Assembly: GCA_963778115.1 (NCBI GenBank)
Contig: CAVZSV010000004.1
Location: 384,001 to 448,000 of the forward strand
From: an uncultured delta proteobacterium
GTDB lineage: Bacteria; Bdellovibrionota; FAC87; UBA2466
Reading direction: 5' to 3'
Length of the DNA: 64,000 bases
The translations under genes were made by a program, and so were the position numbers. Below, piece after piece: positions 58,886 through 64,000 of this stretch. Every line of letters begins with the position of its first letter. Positions within the stretch are counted from its first letter, which is position 1. A model generated the notes under the pieces. It did no database searches and was not told the origin of the DNA. It saw only the letters and a list, made by a program, of their open reading frames with translations.

Positions 58886-61237
58886 TTAATACGCACGCTT
58901 GAAAGCTTCTTCGGGATTGAGAACTTTGGCTGTTAAGAAGATGTAGATCTCCTTGCGAGTATCTTCAACATCCGTACTCGAAAAGAAAAATCCAAGAACA
59001 GGGACGTGAGACAAAAACGGAACCCCGTAGCGGTTGTTGGTCACGGTGTTACTGAAGACACCACCGATGACTGCTGTGTCTCCATTCTCGACTAGAACCT
59101 GGGTGTTAATCGCGCGACTATCGATAGTCGACTGAGTTCCCGCGTTATTGGGAATGTCATAATTCACCGCCACCGTCATGATGATGGAACCATCGCCCGC
59201 TACGATAGGAGTGACATCGAGCTTTAGATTAGCCGTAATCTGTTGAACCGTTTGGAGAGGAACGCCGCCCGCGGCACTCGGAGTGACCACGGGAATAAAA
59301 AACGAAAAGGATTGATTGACGGTCGCCTCTTGATTGGCCACGACGGACAACGAAGGATTGGCCAGGACTTTAACTTTCGCTTCGCTTTCTCCCAAGTTGA
59401 ATTGGCTATTTAAGTTGGCGAAGTTGGGAGCTGAAATAGTGGTAATACTAGCGCCGCCCGAAGTCAGAGGATTGGAGAAGCTGGCGTTAATCCCCGCGAA
59501 ACTCTCATTGAAACTTAAGTTGGAAAATCCGATGCTGCGTTTAAAGTCAGAATCCATTTCCACGATTTTAGCGGCGATAGAAACCCTGGGGGGCTGAGTA
59601 TCGAGCGCGATAAATAGCTTCTGGACTCGTTGAACCACCATGTCGACGTCCTTGATGATGACCGTATTCGTTCGGACATCCGTTTCGACAGTTCCCCGTT
59701 CAGTTAAGAAGCTTTTTGCCCGAGGAGCGATTTCGGCCGCTTTCGCATAGCTGATGGGGATGAGAACCGTTCGCAAAGGCTCTACCTTAAGTTTGGCTGT
59801 CTCATTCGCCAGCGCTTCATCTTTTTCACTCTTTAAGGAGCCCAGAGTTGCCACACGTAGCACATTGCCCTGGCGGACATAGCCAAGTTTCTTTGTCTGT
59901 AAAACCAGCGTGAACGCTTGATCCCAAGGAATATTCTCAAGACTTAACGTCCCTACCTTACCCTGAACGTCGTCTCCCACCACAATGTTGTAACCACTAC
60001 TTTTTGCGATAAGCCGCAAGACATCCTGGACATCGCTATTTTTAACTTCGAGTTGTTTGATACGGTTGCCGGTAAAGGTCTTCCCCGATGCGTAAATATT
60101 CTCTTCCGTGGAGGTATTATTATCTTCGCCGACTACGACTTTAGCGGGCTGGACCTTGTGATCGGGCGGCGGAAAGTCGATATAGATGCTGTTTAAACTT
60201 CGCTGAACTTGGGGAACTTTGTCTTCCCTCAGTTGCACAATGAGTTTGCTTTCGTTTGAACCGGGTAGCTGCAATAGGGTGAATAGGGACACGGGACTTT
60301 GAAACTCGGTAGTGTCATAAGCCCGTTGCAAACGTTGCGGAGTTTCCGAATTGGGGAAATAATAAACGATCTGTTTAAGGGCTTCGTTTCTTTCTTCTCG
60401 GTAAGGGGCTTTCCCTTGGTAGCTCAAAATAATTCGAGACCCGGGTCCGTTCATTCGAAATTCAAGGTTAGAAATAGTAGTCTTCTCCTCGGCGGCTGCC
60501 GGGGGGAGGACGGGAATAGGAGCTGATTTGGGAGCGACTGAAACCTCTGGTGGCGCGGGTTCAGAAATCGGTGGCAATTCATTGGTCGCCATCCCAGGTT
60601 TTGCGGGTGCCGGTTTGGCGACTTCTACCGTTTTTTGCGGCTTTGTGGTTTCGGGCTCGGGAGGCAAGTCTTCATCAGGGTCAGTATCAGGCGTACCATC
60701 ACCACTTGGTGCCTGGGCGGAATCCGACTTCGCTTTCGAATCCGACGGCATCGCTTCGGCATCATCGGGAAGAGTTTCGTCGTCAGCCGAAGGGGCCTGA
60801 GCGCTAGATTGATTTTTTGAAGAAGCTGCGGCCGGCGCCCCTTTGGTGTCGTCCTGCAATTTCCCAAGATCAGCATCGGCATCGGCATCGACACCGGCAT
60901 CTTTAGCCGCAGCACTGGGAGCCTTATCATCTTCGGGCGGCAACGCTTCAGAATCATCTTTCGGAGCAGTGGTGGACGCTTTTGCGGCCGTGGTCTTTGA
61001 AGGAGCGGGCGAAGCTACTTGTGAAGTTTTTCCGTTGTCGTCGGAAATGACCTTCTCTAGATCGGCCAGGGAATCATCGGTCGGATCGGAAGCTTCTTGC
61101 CCTTGAGGCGATCGCGCCCCGTCGTCAGCGAATGCCATCGGAGCAGGCACTCGCCACAAAACTCCCAGTAGGAAGAGCGACAAGACGCTAGTAACGCGGA
61201 GCGCTCTACTTCTGCGGCAATGAGATAACCTTCTCAT
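58886..61237 (-). CDS. pilQ: Type IV pilus secretin PilQ
   Basis: AMIN-like domain, DVQDVLRLIA..NIVV..V.GKV..L.NIPWDQA, C-terminal secretin domain (GVPFLSHVPVLGFFF). Confidence 0.93.
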   Translation of the reverse strand: MRRLSHCRRSRALRVTSVLSLFLLGVLWRVPAPMAFADDGARSPQGQEASDPTDDSLADLEKVISDDNGKTSQVASPAPSKTTAAKASTTAPKDDSEALPPEDDKAPSAAAKDAGVDADADADLGKLQDDTKGAPAAASSKNQSSAQAPSADDETLPDDAEAMPSDSKAKSDSAQAPSGDGTPDTDPDEDLPPEPETTKPQKTVEVAKPAPAKPGMATNELPPISEPAPPEVSVAPKSAPIPVLPPAAAEEKTTISNLEFRMNGPGSRIILSYQGKAPYREERNEALKQIVYYFPNSETPQRLQRAYDTTEFQSPVSLFTLLQLPGSNESKLIVQLREDKVPQVQRSLNSIYIDFPPPDHKVQPAKVVVGEDNNTSTEENIYASGKTFTGNRIKQLEVKNSDVQDVLRLIAKSSGYNIVVGDDVQGKVGTLSLENIPWDQAFTLVLQTKKLGYVRQGNVLRVATLGSLKSEKDEALANETAKLKVEPLRTVLIPISYAKAAEIAPRAKSFLTERGTVETDVRTNTVIIKDVDMVVQRVQKLFIALDTQPPRVSIAAKIVEMDSDFKRSIGFSNLSFNESFAGINASFSNPLTSGGASITTISAPNFANLNSQFNLGESEAKVKVLANPSLSVVANQEATVNQSFSFFIPVVTPSAAGGVPLQTVQQITANLKLDVTPIVAGDGSIIMTVAVNYDIPNNAGTQSTIDSRAINTQVLVENGDTAVIGGVFSNTVTNNRYGVPFLSHVPVLGFFFSSTDVEDTRKEIYIFLTAKVLNPEEAFKRAY

Positions 61238-61643
61238 ACAGATTTTCGGCTCCTAGGTAGTTAAATGTCTTTTCGGTAACTATGACCTCAGTATTTAAGA
61301 TCTTGCTCAAAGTTCCGCGTTCGCGACCAATAATTTCTCCCTCCACTAAAATATGAGTATTTCCCAAGGGATCCTCGAACATCGCACGGGCTTTGCCCGT
61401 CGAGTCACGCAGAATTCCTCTTAGATTTAGTTGCTCGATACTGTATTGCTCGAGAGGATTTAGCGATGCCGTGTCGCGTCCCAGAGTGTCAAAGACAGGC
61501 GGCTTAAAAGGATCTCGCTTCCCGATAGGGGAATAGATAGTAGTACTTTTGTCATCTTTGGGAAGGATCTCGCCCCCCTGAAGTAAAGAGCAATAGAAGG
61601 CCCCGATTAAAGTCCAAGAAAAAAAATTGATAAGTAGTTTCAT
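61206..61643 (-). CDS. pilP: Type IV pilus assembly protein PilP
   Basis: YSPIGKRDPF, PLEQYSIEQLNLRGI, AMFEDP.G. Confidence 0.92.
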   Translation of the reverse strand: MKLLINFFSWTLIGAFYCSLLQGGEILPKDDKSTTIYSPIGKRDPFKPPVFDTLGRDTASLNPLEQYSIEQLNLRGILRDSTGKARAMFEDPLGNTHILVEGEIIGRERGTLSKILNTEVIVTEKTFNYLGAENLYEKVISLPQK

Positions 61644-62209
61644 TCTGTAAACCGGTAGGTCTTTACCGCCGCTTGAGTGATTAACATCACGTTACCCGAG
61701 TGCGGCCCACTGTTGTCCACCGCCTTAAACTTTAGACTGTCGACGCTCACGATTCGTTTCAAACGAGAAAGTTGATCAAAGAAAACTAGCGTCTGGGTAA
61801 AGGTCCCTTTCAGATCGAACTCGATGGCAGCCGTGCTGTAGAAAGTGCCGTTCTTCTTATCTTCCCCTTTCTTGGGATGAAAAGATGACAACTCCAAGCC
61901 TGAGTTTTGAGCCAGCATCGTGAGTTTTCTTAGAAGGCTCGCAAAATTAAAACTTCGAGGCATGTAATCCAACGCAGATTCGAGTTGAACGTTTAATTCC
62001 TTGAGTTCCTGCTTAATGGTCTCGATATTTTGCGCAAAGTCCTCAAGCCGCTTGAGCTCTCCTTGCTTTTTAGCAAGTTCCGCTTCGATTTTCTGTTTTT
62101 CGTCAGCCATTCGGGGAATATCGACGGAATAGAAGTTATAGACGATATAACCCGCATAGGAGGCGCCGAGAAGTAGGATTACCATCGCGATTTGAAGGTT
62201 TAGCTTCAA
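61640..62209 (-). CDS. pilO: Type IV pilus assembly protein PilO
   Basis: TM helix, coiled coil, SGLELSSF.P, GTF..FFDQLSRLKRIV. Confidence 0.9.
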   Translation of the reverse strand: MKLNLQIAMVILLLGASYAGYIVYNFYSVDIPRMADEKQKIEAELAKKQGELKRLEDFAQNIETIKQELKELNVQLESALDYMPRSFNFASLLRKLTMLAQNSGLELSSFHPKKGEDKKNGTFYSTAAIEFDLKGTFTQTLVFFDQLSRLKRIVSVDSLKFKAVDNSGPHSGNVMLITQAAVKTYRFTE

Positions 62210-62277
62210 GCTTTACTCTCTGTTTACGTTAATAAAATAAATCCGCTTCCACCATTTCAGATCCTGGCAAAACCAAG

Positions 62278-63057
62278 CTATTTCGCATGAGCGCCACCAT
62301 TGGGAGCTGGCGTCGGTTTCGCAGCCGCGGCATTACTAGGCGCCGCTACTTGCGGAGCATTCGCCAAAGCGCGGGTCTCCGCAGTCGGCGCCTCGTGAGC
62401 ATCCGCCCCTTCGACCCGCATGACAGGTTTTGCCGTAATCAAGAATGTCCGATAATCGGTTTTTTCAATCGCTTTGGTCACCACATCATCCAAAGAGACA
62501 GCAGTCAGATAGATCGACTTTGAAAGATTATCGATGAGATCAGAGACTTCCTCGTTCGAATAGGACTGTCCAGCCAAGGAAACTAATGCTTGGTCCCCCA
62601 GGACCAGATCAATCGTATTGAGCCAAGTCTTAATCGGGAGCGCTTGCCCTATTGTGTCTAACACAGTTACCGGAGCCGCACGATTCTCAAGGAGTTGTCG
62701 TACGACCTGAAGGCGCTCAGTCACCACCTTCTTTTGCTCTTCAAAATTTTGTAACTCCCGTTGGAAGGGGCTGTAGCGAACGACTTGGTCGGCCACTTTG
62801 GCTAATTTCGTTTGTGATGCCTTCATCGCCTCTTCGTGTTGGCTAATTAACGAAGCTTTCCACTGGCTCGCCAAAATGGGCAAAAGGGCCGCCAAAGTGG
62901 TTGCGGTAATCGTAACAATGGCGAGACTGGCACTAAACTGAACTTTTTGGACGTAAGCCAGAACTTTGGGCGGCAGCTTCACGCGTACCAACAGAGCCTT
63001 AATAGACTTGGGAGGCCCCTTGGAAAGTTCGTTCTTGCCTAGATCAATTCGAATCAT
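62278..63057 (-). CDS. pilN: Type IV pilus assembly protein PilN
   Basis: MIRIDL N-terminus (variant of the INLL motif), TM helix, LP..TWLN. Operon position. Confidence 0.88.
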   Translation of the reverse strand: MIRIDLGKNELSKGPPKSIKALLVRVKLPPKVLAYVQKVQFSASLAIVTITATTLAALLPILASQWKASLISQHEEAMKASQTKLAKVADQVVRYSPFQRELQNFEEQKKVVTERLQVVRQLLENRAAPVTVLDTIGQALPIKTWLNTIDLVLGDQALVSLAGQSYSNEEVSDLIDNLSKSIYLTAVSLDDVVTKAIEKTDYRTFLITAKPVMRVEGADAHEAPTAETRALANAPQVAAPSNAAAAKPTPAPNGGAHAK

Positions 63058-64000
63058 CCGGCATCACCCGCGGTTCTCAAAGAAAGTCCTATGGCCACGG
63101 CTCCTAAGTAAGACAATTCCCGAATCGCTTGAACGTTCATTTTTTTTCCAGAACCCGCAATATTCTGGATGGGATTAAGAGGTTGCACGGGAGCCGGCAA
63201 TCGATTCTCCATCGCTGCGACCAACCCTTCCGTACGCGACGCTCCCCCACAGACATAGATGCCTTGGATCGATCTTTCCGTACTTTGGTTCATCGAAAAA
63301 TCCAGGGTGCGCGAAATTTCTTCCACAATACTGGCAACGTATTCCGACAAGATAGATCGAATGGCGGGGGTAGCCCCTTCGGTAATCTTCACCCGCTCGG
63401 CTTGATCCGCCGGGATTCCTAAGCGTTCACTTAGCATCGCGGTACAAGCGACTCCACACTGACGCAGCTCGCGGCTAAAGGTGGTTTTGTCCCCTTCCAC
63501 GATGGAAACTTTGGTACTGCCCGCGCCAAAATCGATGATGACACTAGTAGCTCCGCCTCCGGTGGCGTTGGCCAAATACCCATAATTGAATTCAAAAGCG
63601 TTTCCCAAAGCGAATGCTTGATTGTCGATCACTTCAGGCACCAAACCGGCCTCCTCAACGAGGCTGCTAAGCGAGTCGATGTAGTCTTTTTTGGCGGCAA
63701 CAATAAGGACGTCCATAGAGGGAACCGCTTGGCTGCCGATAGAGGTGCCTATGACGGCGAAATCCAAATTCACTTCGCTCACATTGAAAGGAATATATTG
63801 TTCGGCTTCAAAATAGAGCTGGTGACTCAACTCCTGCATCGACATCTTGGGAACGCTGATCTTTTTCGTGATTACCGATTTTCCGGCAGCCCCTATAGCC
63901 ACTTTCTTGGTGGAAAATTGTCTTCCTTCAAAAAGTTTTTTAAGCGCCATGGTGACGACGGCTCGATCCCTAATTTCACCATCGAGAGAGATAGCGTTCC
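63054..64000 (-). CDS. pilM: Type IV pilus assembly protein PilM (5' end outside window)
   Basis: EAEQYIPF, IDFGAGST, CGGASR, AIGLSLR. Frame open to the window edge. Confidence 0.95.
   Translation of the reverse strand, partial: NAISLDGEIRDRAVVTMALKKLFEGRQFSTKKVAIGAAGKSVITKKISVPKMSMQELSHQLYFEAEQYIPFNVSEVNLDFAVIGTSIGSQAVPSMDVLIVAAKKDYIDSLSSLVEEAGLVPEVIDNQAFALGNAFEFNYGYLANATGGGATSVIIDFGAGSTKVSIVEGDKTTFSRELRQCGVACTAMLSERLGIPADQAERVKITEGATPAIRSILSEYVASIVEEISRTLDFSMNQSTERSIQGIYVCGGASRTEGLVAAMENRLPAPVQPLNPIQNIAGSGKKMNVQAIRELSYLGAVAIGLSLRTAGDAG

Noticed and set aside
1..64000. CRISPR array, tRNA/rRNA, IS element, prophage or defence operon
   Set aside because: No repeat-spacer periodicity, cloverleaf, transposase, integrase, phage or nuclease motifs were recognised by eye. 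The intergenic hairpins differ from each other, so they are not a REP family.

Overview
Bacterial chromosomal window, standard genetic code, roughly 50% GC by eye. The gene content suggests a Bdellovibrionota/deltaproteobacteria-like organism (inference): pilMNOPQ, a Flp/Tad pilin locus, a PhaR-like regulator, an orphan ParA and many signal-peptide hydrolases. The core part holds secE-nusG-rplKAJL-rpoBC, a selD fusion, rluA, epmA, an MdlAB-like ABC pair, clpB, degP, pfkB, pdaD, cls, 6S RNA and pilM(partial)NOPQ. The first ~19 kb is accessory-like and holds the two best candidates for undescribed systems. (1) A four-gene operon with a putative sigma54 promoter, encoding exported Tyr/Gly-rich low-complexity proteins and a membrane-anchored TPR protein (1198-3993). 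(2) A cluster of exported, divergent hydrolases (6716-18913): an S53 protease, a permuted NlpC/P60 enzyme, a patatin lacking the canonical Asp, a large unknown protein, two Cys-rich lipase paralogs, TolC-helix-like paralogs and a decayed CPAF-like protease. Items the ORF track misses or mis-starts: a CTG start for pdaD, a 57-aa pseudopilin, 6S RNA, a pseudogene fusion, and a ~380-nt GGA-rich leader/sRNA candidate. No rRNA, tRNA, CRISPR array or transposase was recognised. All family assignments are by-eye motif recognition; no database search was run.
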